From Vulcanimicrobiota bacterium (GTDB taxonomy: Bacteria > Vulcanimicrobiota > Vulcanimicrobiia > Vulcanimicrobiales > Vulcanimicrobiaceae): a stretch of 64,000 nt of DNA. How positions within the stretch are numbered: position 1 is the first letter of the stretch; the number at the start of each line of letters is the position of its first letter. The DNA lies in NCBI GenBank assembly GCA_963771605.1, contig CAVYUA010000003.1:326884-390883 (forward strand). Direction: 5' to 3'. Made by a program: the position numbers and the translations under genes. Below the pieces are notes generated by a model. The model made no database searches. It saw only the letters and a program-made list of their open reading frames with translations, and had not been told where the DNA came from. Shown here in pieces: positions 8,505-19,572 of this stretch.

Positions 8505-9877
8505 TCTGCGAAGGGGTCCTCATCGTCGGGGGAGGCGCGACGGGCGTCGATCCAGGCCCGCAAGCGCGCTTCCTCGCCCTGTTTGCCGGGTTGGAAGTAC
8601 GCGCGGCCCTGCAAGGCTTCGGGGAGGTTCTGCTGCAGCACCACCGGCGGCGGCGCTTCGCCCTCGGCGTCCATCGCCGCGTAGTCGTCGTGCGCGTAGC
8701 GGTAGCCGCTGCCGTAGCCGAGCTTCTTCATCAGCTGGGTCGGCGCATTGCGCAGGTGCAGCGGCACCGGGTCGTTGCGCGTTGACTCGACGTCGGCCAG
8801 CGCCGCGCCGTAGGCCCGCCCGACCGTGTTGCTCTTGGGTGCGGTCGCGAGGTAGAGCGTCGCCTGCGCGAGCGGATAGTAGCCTTCGGGCATGCCGATG
8901 AAGTGCACGCTCTGCTGCGCCGCGACCGCCACTTGCAGCGCGCGCGGATCGGCGAGACCGATGTCTTCGCTGGCGAGAATGACGAGCCGGCGCGCGATGA
9001 AGAGCGGGTCCTCACCGCTCTCGATCATGCGCGCGAGGTAGTAGACCGCGGCATCGGGATCGCTGCCGCGCACCGTCTTGATGAACGCGCTGATCGTGTC
9101 GTAATGACCGTCGCCGTCCTTGTCGTAGCTGCGCGCACGCTGCTGCATCGCATCGGCGATCGTCTTCTGATCGATCACCGCGTTGCCGCCGGCGTCCTTG
9201 GGAGCCGCGGCGGCGGCGAACTCGAGCGTGCTGAGCGCGATGCGCGCGTCGCCGTTGGCGAGGTTGACCAAGTGCTCGAGCGCATCGGGCTGCATCGTCA
9301 CGTGCTCGGCGCCGAGCCCGCGTTCGGTATCGGCGAGCGCGCGTTCGATGATGGTGCGGATCTCGTCGTCGCCCAGCGACTTCAGCACGAACACCCGCGA
9401 GCGCGAAAGCAGCGCGGAGTTCACTTCGAACGACGGGTTCTCGGTCGTCGCCCCGATCAGCGTGACGGTTCCGTCCTCGACGTAGGGCAGCACCGCGTCT
9501 TGCTGCGCTTTGTTGAAGCGGTGGATCTCGTCGATGAACAGCACGCTGCGTTTGCCCACGCGCTTGAGCTTCGCGGCGTCGGCCACGACGCGCCGCAAAT
9601 CCGCGACGCCGGCACTCACCGCCGAGAGGGCTTGGAAATTCGCCCCGGTCGAGTGCGCGATCACTTGCGCGAGCGTCGTCTTGCCGGTGCCCGGCGGTCC
9701 CCACAGGATCATCGAGGGCAGGCGGTCGGATTCGATCGCGCGGCGCAGCGCGCGCCCCGGCCCGACGATTTGCTCCTGGCCCACGAACTCATCGAGCGAC
9801 CGCGGCCGCATCCGCGCCGCCAGCGGCTCCCGCACGCCGCCGTCACCACCGCCCGAGGACTCGAAGAGCCCGAGCAT
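8501..9877 (-). CDS. rarA: Replication-associated recombination protein A (AAA+ ATPase)
   Basis: Start chosen at MLGLFESSGGG (ATG 9877); the ORF-track 5' extension is Arg-rich and overlaps the upstream gene. Walker A GPPGTGKTT, Walker B VLFIDEIHRFNK and C-terminal MgsA domain (DAAVYYLARMIESGEDP). Confidence 0.92.
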   Translation of the reverse strand: MLGLFESSGGGDGGVREPLAARMRPRSLDEFVGQEQIVGPGRALRRAIESDRLPSMILWGPPGTGKTTLAQVIAHSTGANFQALSAVSAGVADLRRVVADAAKLKRVGKRSVLFIDEIHRFNKAQQDAVLPYVEDGTVTLIGATTENPSFEVNSALLSRSRVFVLKSLGDDEIRTIIERALADTERGLGAEHVTMQPDALEHLVNLANGDARIALSTLEFAAAAAPKDAGGNAVIDQKTIADAMQQRARSYDKDGDGHYDTISAFIKTVRGSDPDAAVYYLARMIESGEDPLFIARRLVILASEDIGLADPRALQVAVAAQQSVHFIGMPEGYYPLAQATLYLATAPKSNTVGRAYGAALADVESTRNDPVPLHLRNAPTQLMKKLGYGSGYRYAHDDYAAMDAEGEAPPPVVLQQNLPEALQGRAYFQPGKQGEEARLRAWIDARRASPDDEDPFAE

Positions 9878-9885
9878 CGGCCCGA

Positions 9886-10521
9886 TTACTTCTTTTTCTT
9901 CGACGGTTTCGGCGAAGGCGGCGGGCCGGGCGAACCTTGGGGAATCGGTTCGCGAATGATCATCGGTGCGCCGGACGCGATGACGTCGCGCGTCTGCAAG
10001 TTGTAGTCGACCACGGCCGCGCGCATCGTGCTGCCCCCTTCGGCCAGCACGACGTCGCCTTCCAAGTGCATCGTGTGCTGCAGTTGGTTGAGCACGCCGC
10101 GCTGCGCGGTACCGACCCGGTCGCCCTGCACGAAACGCACGTTGCCGTGGGCGTCGTAGGATTTGTTCTTGGTGTCGATGGTCAGCTCGTCGCACGTGAT
10201 CGTGGCCGGGCCCTGGTAATCTTTACCGGCAGCTGCCGCTTCGGGCGCGTTGCCGTTGTCGTGCACGACCACGTTGCCGATCAGCGTCGCGGTGCCGAGC
10301 TTCATGTTGCCCTTGGCTTTGTCGCCGCGCGCATCGGTGCCCGGGCGCGTGACCTTCACTTCGTGCGGCATTACGAAATCACCCGACGAGAGGTTCCCGT
10401 TCATCAGGTCGGTGTCGATCACGTAGCCGTTCATGTCCATCTCGTTGGCCGCCGGCGCGGCGGCCAAGAGGAACGACACGGTCGCGAGGGCCGCCAGAGA
10501 CCGCAGGGAACGTGTCGTCAT
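9886..10521 (-). CDS. Exported OstA/LptA-like protein (LPS-transport periplasmic-bridge family, tentative)
   Basis: 211 aa with a signal peptide MTTRSLRSLAALATVSFLLAAAPA. Repetitive beta-strand segments such as GNVVVHDN, AHGNVRFVQGD and LEGDVVLAEGGSTM are typical of the OstA_N fold. The tail is Pro/Lys-rich. Confidence 0.5.
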   Translation of the reverse strand: MTTRSLRSLAALATVSFLLAAAPAANEMDMNGYVIDTDLMNGNLSSGDFVMPHEVKVTRPGTDARGDKAKGNMKLGTATLIGNVVVHDNGNAPEAAAAGKDYQGPATITCDELTIDTKNKSYDAHGNVRFVQGDRVGTAQRGVLNQLQHTMHLEGDVVLAEGGSTMRAAVVDYNLQTRDVIASGAPMIIREPIPQGSPGPPPSPKPSKKKK

Positions 10522-10524
10522 CGC

Positions 10525-11607
<1,083 letters not shown>

Positions 11608-11665
11608 TTACCGATGCAGGCTAGTCCTCCTGGGTCCCGCGTGAGCGTGCGCGAAGCAGCTTTTC

Positions 11666-12631
11666 ATGCTTTTTCATCGCCGTACCGCTCTGTCGGCCGC
11701 CTTGCTCGGCGTCGCTGCCTTCATCGGAGCGTCACTTGGAGCGCCGCTTCCGGGAAGCTCGCAGCAGCTCACCACGCTGAAGATCGCGACCACACCGACC
11801 GACATCGGATCCGAGGTCTTCTACGCTCAAGATAAGGGTTTCTTCAAGGCCAACGGCCTCGATGCGGACATCCAAGTGATTTCGAACGGTGCGGCGATTA
11901 CGTCGGCCGTCATGTCGGGCGCCCTCGACGTGGCCCAATCGAACATCGCCTCGTTGGCGGCCGCGCACGAGCACGGCCTCGATGTCGTGATCGTCGCGCC
12001 CGCCGGCCAGTATTCGAGCAAAGAGCCGACCACGGCGCTGATCGTGGCCAAGAACTCGCCGATCAAAACGGCCAAAGATCTCAACGGTAAAACGCTGGCC
12101 GGCAACGGGATCAAGAACATCACCCAAGTCGGCGCCTTCGCCTGGATGGAGAAGAACGGCGGCGATACCTCGACGACCAAGTTCATCGAGATGCCGTTCC
12201 CCGATATGCCGGGTGCGCTCGTTACCGGGCGCATCGATGCGGCCGTGATCGCTGAGCCCGAACTGAGCGCCGCGCTTGCCAAAGGCGACGTGCGCGTGCT
12301 GGCAAACTGCTACGACGGCATCGCGAAGGACTTCTTGATCGGCGCCTGGTTCACCACGGGTACGTGGGCGAAGGCCCATCCGGATCTGGTCAAGCGCTTT
12401 GCCAAGGCGATGGCGCAGACCGCCGCGTGGGCGAACAAGAATCAAGCCGCGTCGGGCGAGATGCTCACCAAGTACACCAAGATCGTCGTCGCTCCCGGCA
12501 TGAAGCGCACGATTTACGCCGACAACCTCGCGCCCGCGCTCGTGCAGCCGCTGATCGACGCCTCGGCCAAATACGGCATCATCAAAGCCACGTTCCCAGC
12601 CAACGACATCATCGCCCCCGAAGCCCGCTAA
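11666..12631 (+). CDS. ABC-type substrate-binding protein, NMT1/SsuA/TauA (NitT/TauT) family, orphan
   Basis: 321 aa with a signal peptide and a family-typical pattern (LKIATTP..., AKDLNGKTLAGNG, RIDAAVIAEPELS). Clear paralog of 23614..24552 and 61716..62675. Confidence 0.8.
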   Translation: MLFHRRTALSAALLGVAAFIGASLGAPLPGSSQQLTTLKIATTPTDIGSEVFYAQDKGFFKANGLDADIQVISNGAAITSAVMSGALDVAQSNIASLAAAHEHGLDVVIVAPAGQYSSKEPTTALIVAKNSPIKTAKDLNGKTLAGNGIKNITQVGAFAWMEKNGGDTSTTKFIEMPFPDMPGALVTGRIDAAVIAEPELSAALAKGDVRVLANCYDGIAKDFLIGAWFTTGTWAKAHPDLVKRFAKAMAQTAAWANKNQAASGEMLTKYTKIVVAPGMKRTIYADNLAPALVQPLIDASAKYGIIKATFPANDIIAPEAR

Positions 12632-12708
12632 CTAGCTAGGCATGGCGTGATAAACGCGTGTAATCGCGCGCCTTTATTGCGTTTATTGAGCGCGACACGA
12701 ACACATCC

Positions 12709-12889
12709 GTCATCGCGAGCGAAGTCGAGGGACCACCACCGTCATCGCTCGCAAGTCCACTGTCGATCGCGAGCGTAGCCGAGCGATCGCCGACGACGTG
12801 CATTGTGGCGCTCCCTCGGCTACGCTCGGGGAGCGACACCCCCTCGCGAGCAATGATCGTGGTGGTCGCTCGACTTCGCTCGCGATGAC
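12709..12889. repeat. Composite nested-palindrome repeat element (REP/BIME- or MITE-like), copy 1
   Basis: GTCATCGCGAGCGAAGTCGAGGGACCACCAC (12709-12739) pairs with GTGGTGGTCGCTCGACTTCGCTCGCGATGAC (12859-12889), with 1 mismatch. Inner arms TGTCGATCGCGAGCGTAGCCGAGCGATCGC and GCGCTCCCTCGGCTACGCTCGGGGAGCGAC are nested inside. Same unit family as 62711..62984. Confidence 0.85.
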
Positions 12890-12949
12890 AACCAGATGAC
12901 AGCTGGTCGATGCGATTCTCTCTAGCTTAACGTGCTAACCAGCTAAACC

Positions 12950-14299
12950 TTAGCTAAACGCTGGGTATTCGCTGGTTTCGAAGGTGCCGGTTGGTTCATT
13001 TTCGGGGATCACGCCGCTCGAACGCTGCACTTGCGCGCCCAGCGCCGAGAGCGCTTCCTCGAGTCGCTCGTAGCCGCGGTCGATGTATTCCAGGCCGATG
13101 ATCTCGGTCTCGCCGCTGGCCGCGAGCCCGGCGATCACCAGCGCCGCGCCGGCGCGAATGTCGGGCGCTTCGACCGGCGCACCCGAGAGTGCGCCGCCCC
13201 CTTTGACGAGGGCGGTGTTGTTGTCCATCGCGACGCGCACGTCGGCGCCCATGCGCGAGAGCTCGTTCACGTAGGAGAAGCGCGCGTTGAAGATCGACTC
13301 TTCGACCACGCTCGTGCCCGGCGTGGTGCACAGGAACGTCAGCATCTGCGGCTGCAGATCGGTCGGAAAACCCGGATGCGGCGCGGTGACGATGTCGGTG
13401 CCGCTCTTGACCGCGTCGGCCTTGATACGAATCCAGTCATCGCCGGTGGTGACGACGGCGCCGCACTCTTGCAGTTTGAGCAGCAGTACGTCGAGATCGT
13501 GCGGGCGGCAGCGCGTCACGGTGACGTCGCCGCGCGTGATCGCGCCCGCGATCAGCAACGTGCCCGTTTGAATGCGGTCGGGGATGATCTCGTACTCGAC
13601 GCCGCGCAGTTTCTTCACACCATCGATGCGGATCGTGTCGCCGCCGTGGCCCGCGATTTTCGCGCCCATCGCGATGAGGAAATTCGCCAGGTCGACGACT
13701 TCGGGTTCCATCGCCGCGTTGACGATCGTGGTCGTGCCCTTGGCCTTCACCGCCGCGAGCATCGCGTTCTTCGTCGCCCCGACGCTCGGCGTGCGAAAAC
13801 GCACCTCGCCGCCGCGCAGCGTGGCGCCGTCGGCGCTGGCGACGAGAAAACCGTGCGAGACCGCGACGCTTGCGCCCAGGGCACGAAAGGCCGCCTCGTG
13901 CATGTCGGTCGCGCGGGTGCCGAGGATGCAGCCGCCGGGCAACGGCACCTCGGCGCGGCCGAAGCGGCCCAGCAGCGGTCCGCAGAGATCGAAGGACGCG
14001 GCCAGTTTGCGCACCAGCGCGTATGGGGCCCGGTGCGTGTTCACGTTCGAGGCGTCGATCGTGATCGTGTTGGGGCCTTCGAGCGTGAGCCGGGCGCCCA
14101 GCGCTTCGAGCAGCGACCACATCACCGAGACGTCGGTGATGCGCGGCACGCGGTGCAGCGTGACCTTTTCGTTGGTGAGCACGGCCGCGGCCATGATCGG
14201 CAGCGCGGCGTTCTTCGCTCCGTGGGTGTCGATCGAGCCCTCGAGACGCGCGCCGCCGCGGCAGCGCAGAATCGTATCGAGCCGGTCGAGGACGTTCAC
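12950..14299 (-). CDS. murA: UDP-N-acetylglucosamine 1-carboxyvinyltransferase
   Basis: 449 aa. GAKNAALPIMAAAVLT, active-site loop LPGGCILGTRATDMH, and family-typical C-terminus (RAGAALVIAGLAASGETEI..IDRGYE). GTG start. Confidence 0.95.
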   Translation of the reverse strand: MNVLDRLDTILRCRGGARLEGSIDTHGAKNAALPIMAAAVLTNEKVTLHRVPRITDVSVMWSLLEALGARLTLEGPNTITIDASNVNTHRAPYALVRKLAASFDLCGPLLGRFGRAEVPLPGGCILGTRATDMHEAAFRALGASVAVSHGFLVASADGATLRGGEVRFRTPSVGATKNAMLAAVKAKGTTTIVNAAMEPEVVDLANFLIAMGAKIAGHGGDTIRIDGVKKLRGVEYEIIPDRIQTGTLLIAGAITRGDVTVTRCRPHDLDVLLLKLQECGAVVTTGDDWIRIKADAVKSGTDIVTAPHPGFPTDLQPQMLTFLCTTPGTSVVEESIFNARFSYVNELSRMGADVRVAMDNNTALVKGGGALSGAPVEAPDIRAGAALVIAGLAASGETEIIGLEYIDRGYERLEEALSALGAQVQRSSGVIPENEPTGTFETSEYPAFS

Positions 14300-14516
14300 G
14301 CGGGCTCTTTACCGCCCGGCAGTTGCCGTCCGCGGTCGCGGGCGGACTCCATCGCCCAATTGCAAAGTAAAAGGGCCGTTATCGGTAAGGCCTTCTCCAA
14401 GACCTTGAGCCATAGCGGGGTCGGCTTCATTCGTCTCCCCATTCGCGTGTCCCACCGATGAATCTTACCAACGGTCGTGGTAACCAAAACGGGTAACGCC
14501 CCGCTGGAGGTTTCGC

Positions 14517-15819
14517 TTGCAACGCAGTATCATCGCGCCCGCCGAACGTGTGACCAACCTCCGTTGGGGAATCGCGGTCCTGCTGGGCATCGGAATCCTG
14601 GTCAATTATTTCGACCGGGTCAATCTGACCGTCTCCAGCGGCGCGCTGCGCCACGAGTTCGGCATCGATGATATCGGCTTCGGCTACCTGCTGAGCGCCT
14701 TCGGCTGGACCTACGCCGTCGCGCAGATCCCGGTCGGCATCTTTCTCGACCGCTACGGCGTGAAGGCCGTCGGGCGGATCTCGACCTTCTGCTGGAGCGT
14801 TTTCTCGCTGCTGACGGCGGCCGTCGGGTCGTTCGGGATGCTCTTCGGGGCGCGCTTGGGCCTCGGGCTCGCCGAGACCCCGGCCTTTCCGATCAACTCC
14901 AAAGCCACCGGCTACTGGTTTCCCACCGGCGAGCGGGGCGTGGCGACCGCGATCTTCGACTCGGCCGCCAAGCTGTCGACCGCGATCGGCGTGCCGATCG
15001 TCTCGCTGATCCTGGTGAACTACGGCTGGCGCGCGACGTTCCTCGTGACCGGGATCCTCAGCTTCCTCTTCTTCGTGGCGTTTTACGTCTTCTACCGGAA
15101 TCCGAGCGAGGACACGCGCCTCACGCACGCCGAGCGCGAGTACATCAAGGCCGGCGGCGCGCAGCCCGAAGGCGTGCCGACCACCGGCAGCGTGGGCGAG
15201 CACGTTCGTCTACCTGCTGCGCCAGACGAAGGTCTGGGGGCTGACGATCGGCTTCGCCGCCTACGGGTACTCGTTCTATCTGCTGCTGACGTGGCTGCCC
15301 GGGTACCTCGTGGAGACCTTCAAGATGAGCGTGCTCTCGAGCGGCGAGTACACGGCGATCCCGTGGCTGATCGCCGCGGTGGCCGATCTCGCGGTCGGCG
15401 GCTTCCTGGTCGACGCGCTGATCAAGCGCGGTCTGGACGCGACGCGCGTGCGCAAGACGATCCTCGTCTGCGGCATGCTGCTCGGCTTGAGCATCTTCGG
15501 CGCGACGACGACGCGCGACCCGAACGTGGCGATCGTCTACATCACGATCGCGCTCGCGGGTCTGTCCGTCTCGGCGCCGATCGGGTGGTCGATCCCGGCG
15601 TTGATCGCACCGCGCGGAACGGTCGGATCGGTCGGCTCGATCATGAACTTCGCCAACAACATCATGTCGATCATCGCGCCGATCGTGGCCGGGTACGTGG
15701 TCGCGGCGACCGGCAGCTTCACCAACGTTTTCCTGATCGCGGCGGCGGTGCTCGTGGTGGGAATTCTCAGCTACGTGTTTCTGCTCGGGCGGATCGAGCC
15801 GATACCCGAACCGGTCTAG
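14517..15819 (+). pseudogene. MFS transporter, anion:cation symporter (D-galactonate/hexuronate-like) family, with one +1 frame disruption
   Basis: The N-terminal half lies in the ORF 14517 frame (VNYFDRVNLTV, GLGLAETPAFP). The C-terminal half lies in the ORF 15310 frame, which reads back to ...ASTFVYLLRQTKVWGLTIGFAAYGYSFYLLLTWLPGYLVETF. The frames join if one G of GGG at 15194-15196 is removed. TTG start is preceded by GGAGG. The span is 3n+1. Confidence 0.8.
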
Positions 15820-15828
15820 CACACGAAG

Positions 15829-17314
15829 ATGGCGGACGGCGCGGTGGTCGTCGGGGTCGACTTGGGCACGAGCGCGGTCAAGGTCCTCGCCGTCACGCCC
15901 GCCGGCCGCGAGGTGGCCGTGGCCTCGGAATTCTACGGTCTCCAGACGCCGCAACCGTTGTACGTCGAACAGGATGCGGAAGCCGTCTACCGCGCCACGA
16001 TGCGCGTGCTCGCGCGCGTCATCGCCGACGTGCGTTTGCGCGGCGAGGGCGTCGCGGCGATCGGCTTCTCGGCCGCGATGCACGGCCTGCTGTGCGTGGA
16101 CGCGGCCGGCGAGCCGATCTCGCCGGTGCTGACGTGGATGGACCGCCGCAGCAGCGAGATCGCCGGCGGCTGGCGCGCCGGCGGCAGCGCGGCCGAGCTC
16201 TACCGCGAAACCGGCGCGCCCATGCATCCGATGCTGCCGATCGCGAAACTGCGCTGGCTCGCGGAACACGAACCGGCGCTGTTCGCGCGCGCGCACCGCT
16301 TCGTCGGCCTGAAGGAGCTCTTCATCCATCGCTGGACCGGCGAATGGCTGATAGACTGGGGCCTTGCGGGCGCGACGGGGATGTTCGCGTTCGCCTCGCG
16401 CACGTGGAGCGAGCGCGCGCTCACGCTCGCCGGCGTCGAGCGCCGCGCGGCTCTCGCAGCCCGCCGCACCGTCGACGTCGCGCACCGGCATTCGGCCCGC
16501 GATCGCGCACGAGCTCGGCATCGGCGCCGACACCGCCGTCGTGCTGGCATCGAGCGACGGGGCGCTGGCGAACATCGGTTCCGGCACCGCACCGGGCGAC
16601 GTCGCCGTCACGCTGGGCACGAGCGGCGCCGTGCGCACGCTCAGCGCCGAGCCGGTGCTCGACGAGCAGTGCCGCACGTTCTGCTATCCCGCCGGTGACG
16701 CGTCGTACGTGATCGGCGGACCGACGTCGAGCGCCGGCGCGTCGCTCGATTGGATCTTCGCGCTGCTGCTGGACGAGCTGCCGAAGGAACAGCGCTTCGC
16801 CCGGGCCGCGGAACTCTCGGCGGAGATCGCGCCCGGCGCCGGCGGCTGCACCGTGCTGCCGTTTCTCTCCGGTGAACGCGCTCCGTACTGGGATCCCTCG
16901 CTGCGCGGTTCGTTCGCGGGCCTCGAGCTCGCCCACGACCGCCGCACGATTCTGCGCGCCTCGTTCGAAGGCGTCGTCTTCGGCGTGCACGCGGTGTACG
17001 ACGTGCTGCGCGAACGGATCGGCCCGGCCGACCGGCTCTTGCTCTCCGGCGGCTTGACCAAATCGCCGCTCGTGCGCGCCATGCTGGCCGACGCGTTCGG
17101 CACGGCGACCGTGCAGCCGCATCAGGAAGAAGCCTCGGCGTTCGGCGCCGCGCTGGTGGCGGCGCAGAGCCGCGGGCTCATCGCCGATGCGGTCGCGGTT
17201 GCACGAGCCGCCGGTTACGATGCGCCGGTGGAACCCGATCGCGCGCGCACGGACGCGATGCGTGAGGCAAACGCGCGCTACCGGCTACGCGTGGAGCGCG
17301 AGATCGGGCACTGA
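15829..17314 (+). pseudogene. FGGY-family carbohydrate kinase (gluconokinase/xylulokinase-like) with one +1 frame disruption
   Basis: N-terminal frame: VVGVDLGTSAVKVLAV...TWMDRRS. C-terminal frame: IRPAIAHELGIGADTAVVLASSDGALANIGSG...LPFLSGERAPYWD...LSGGLTKSPLVRAMLADAFG. The frame change is near 16485-16491. The span is 3n+1. Confidence 0.8.
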
Positions 17315-17325
17315 CCGCGCGTACC

Positions 17326-18657
17326 TCACACGAGCAAGGGCAAGACTTCCGCGGCGTTCATTTCGCTGACCGGCGGCACGTTCGGCGCGACGCTCTTGCC
17401 GGCGAAGAGCATGACGACGCCCGAGCTCAGTGCGCAGGCGGCCATGAAGATGAAGGTCGCCGTGAAGCCGTGCGTCGCGTCCTTGATCGCGCCCATCACG
17501 ATCGGGCCGAATGCGGCGCCGAGATTGCCGATGACGCCGATCACCGCGATGCCCGTCGCTGCCGACGTGCCGGCGAGCACGCTGGCCGGCAGGCTCCAGA
17601 AGATGCTCGTCGCGGCGAAGATGCCGGCCGAAGCGATCGTCATCGACGCGATGAGCAGCAGCGGTGAATGGATGAACGGAACGGCCAGCCCCCAGCCGAT
17701 CGCCGTCACGACGATCGCGGCGATCAGGTGCCAGAGCCGCTCGCCGGAGCGGTCGGAGCTGCGGCCCCACAGCACCATCGCGAGGCCCCCGACCAGCGGC
17801 GGCAGCGCGGCGAGCGCACCGGTGATCGCGTAGGAGTAGCCCAGCGTGCGCACGATTTGCGGCAGCCATAGCGGAACGCCCGTCAGCGCCAGGTCGATGC
17901 CGAAGTATGCGGCGCCCAAGATCAACGTGGCGGGATTGGTGAACGCGCGCAGCCATTGGCTGTTGTTGAATTTGTGGAACACACGTTCTTCGCGCGCGAG
18001 CGTGTCTTCGAGCCAGGTTTGCTCGTCGGGACTGAGCCATTGCGCGTCGCGCGGCCGGTCGCTCAAGTAGTACCACGTGACGACGCCCAGCACGATCGCC
18101 GGTGCGGCCTCGACGATGAACAGCCAGCGCCAGCCCGCCATGCCGAAGGCCCCGTTGAAGGCCTGCATCACCGCACCCGAGAGGCCCGCGGAAATGACCT
18201 GGCTGAGCGGAATCGCGAGCAGAAAGAGCGCGCTGAAGCGCGCCCGGTACTCAGCCGGAAACCAGTAGCTCAAGTACAGAATGACGCCGGGGAAAAAGCC
18301 CGCTTCGGCCGCGCCCAAAAGAAAGCGCAGCGCGTAGAACGAGGTCGAGCCGTGGACCAGCACCATCGCCGCCGACGCGAGCCCCCAGGTGATCATGATG
18401 CGCGAGATCCAGCGCCGTGCGCCGACGCGCTGCAAGATCAGATTGCTCGGTACTTCGAACAGCAAGTAGCCGACCGAAAAGATCCCCGCGCCGAAACCGA
18501 AGGCGGCGGTGCTCAGCCCGACGTCTTTGTTCATGGTCAGGGCCGCGAAACCGACGTTGACGCGGTCGATCGCGGCCGTGACGAAGAGCAGGACCAGAAA
18601 CCAGATCAATCGACCCGAGGCTTTGGATATCGCGGCTTTGCCGATCCCAGCGTTCAC
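17326..18657 (-). CDS. MFS transporter (anion:cation symporter family, tartrate/phthalate-permease-like)
   Basis: About 12 TM segments and family motifs (AIDRVNVGFAALTM, RFLLGAAEAGFFPG). Start moved to GTG 18657, which has GGAGGG 6 nt upstream. The ORF-track ATG at 18678 directly abuts a TATAAT box. Confidence 0.8.
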   Translation of the reverse strand: MNAGIGKAAISKASGRLIWFLVLLFVTAAIDRVNVGFAALTMNKDVGLSTAAFGFGAGIFSVGYLLFEVPSNLILQRVGARRWISRIMITWGLASAAMVLVHGSTSFYALRFLLGAAEAGFFPGVILYLSYWFPAEYRARFSALFLLAIPLSQVISAGLSGAVMQAFNGAFGMAGWRWLFIVEAAPAIVLGVVTWYYLSDRPRDAQWLSPDEQTWLEDTLAREERVFHKFNNSQWLRAFTNPATLILGAAYFGIDLALTGVPLWLPQIVRTLGYSYAITGALAALPPLVGGLAMVLWGRSSDRSGERLWHLIAAIVVTAIGWGLAVPFIHSPLLLIASMTIASAGIFAATSIFWSLPASVLAGTSAATGIAVIGVIGNLGAAFGPIVMGAIKDATHGFTATFIFMAACALSSGVVMLFAGKSVAPNVPPVSEMNAAEVLPLLV

Positions 18658-18678
18658 GAACCACCCTCCGCAGACCAT

Positions 18679-18693
18679 ATTATACGTAATTAC
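18679..18693 (-). promoter_or_regulatory. Promoter/operator island: GTAATTAC palindrome (18686-18693) abutting a perfect TATAAT -10 box (minus strand, 18684-18679)
   Basis: The minus strand reads ...AAATATATGTAATTACGTATAATATGG.... This is an AT-rich island in GC-rich DNA, directly upstream of the MFS gene. Confidence 0.5.
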
Positions 18694-18753
18694 ATATATT
18701 TTACAGACACTACCGGTACGCGCTAGAGCCAACTATCCCATTATGAGCCCGTC

Positions 18754-19572
18754 TTACTGTGCTTTCGGACAGGCGTACGCTAGGCGAAATCCCATGTGGC
18801 CGGTCGAGCTGTCGGCGGCGTTCGCCGACCGCGCCGCGACGCGGTAGCGATAGCAGTACGAACGGTGGCACAGGTAGGAACCGCCGCGAATGGCTTTCTC
18901 CCCGTCGGCGCGTTCGTCGGCGCACCAGTCCCACACGTTGCCGGCCATGTTGTAGAGCCCATAACCGTTGGGCTCGAACGCGGTCACCGGCACGGTTCCC
19001 GGCCACTCATCGAGGCTGTGGTGCGGAAAATCACCGCGCCAGATGTTGCAGCGCGGCCGCGCATCGCTCGGCTCCTCGTCGCCCCACGGAAAGCGCTTGC
19101 GGTGCAGCCCGCCGCGCGCGGCGAACTCCCACTCGGCTTCGGTCGGTAGCCGGCCGCCGGCCCACCGGGCGAACGCCGTGGCATCGTTCCACGAAACGTG
19201 CACGACCGGATGATCGGCGCGCGCGGTGACGTCCGAGGCGGGGCCCTCCGGCCGCTGCCAGCTCGCGTGCTCGACCTTGCGCCACCACGGAGCATCGCGC
19301 ACGCCGAGCGTGTTGCGGGCCGCCAGTCCGAGAAAGCGGTAGAACACGAACGACCACCCGAAGCGCTCGGCTTCCGTCACGTACCCCGTGTCGACGACGA
19401 AGCGCGCGAAGCGCTCGTTGCTCACGGCACAGCGATCGATCGCGAACGGCGCCACGCGCACGCTGCGCACGGGGCCCTCGCCGTCATCGGGATGAAACCC
19501 CTCCGCGCTGCCCATGTCGAACGTGCCGCCGCCGGCGAACACGGCACGATCGGACGGCTCCGCGACGTTCAT
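18754..19572 (-). CDS. Formylglycine-generating enzyme (FGE/SUMF1 family), cytoplasmic-type
   Basis: 272 aa from MNVAEPSDRAVFAGG. FGE-sulfatase domain motifs: VTEAERFGWSFVF, WRLPTEAEWEFAARGG-like GGRLPTEAEWEFAARGG, and NVWDW. The two catalytic Cys lie in RGGSYLCHRSYCYRYR. Its ATG overlaps the sulfatase stop (ATGA). No signal peptide. Confidence 0.88.
   Translation of the reverse strand: MNVAEPSDRAVFAGGGTFDMGSAEGFHPDDGEGPVRSVRVAPFAIDRCAVSNERFARFVVDTGYVTEAERFGWSFVFYRFLGLAARNTLGVRDAPWWRKVEHASWQRPEGPASDVTARADHPVVHVSWNDATAFARWAGGRLPTEAEWEFAARGGLHRKRFPWGDEEPSDARPRCNIWRGDFPHHSLDEWPGTVPVTAFEPNGYGLYNMAGNVWDWCADERADGEKAIRGGSYLCHRSYCYRYRVAARSANAADSSTGHMGFRLAYACPKAQ

Noticed and set aside
12636-12839. 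Small ORFs inside the repeat elements (12636..12839 minus; 62682..62879 plus, containing VIPSAVEGR).
   Set aside because: They are translations of the palindromic repeat units. The same peptide-like strings arise wherever the unit occurs, and there is no start context or coding signal.
14300-14516. 217-nt divergent intergenic region (murA / MFS) as a riboswitch or sRNA.
   Set aside because: I could not recognise any known riboswitch core or a convincing conserved-looking structure, only weak short hairpins. It is most simply two divergent promoters. This needs a covariance-model scan to be sure.
18701-18709. TTACAGACA shared between the MFS promoter region (18701-18709) and the intergenic region at 63751-63759.
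   Set aside because: There are only two copies of a 9-mer, with no symmetry and no shared flanks. This is plausibly chance.
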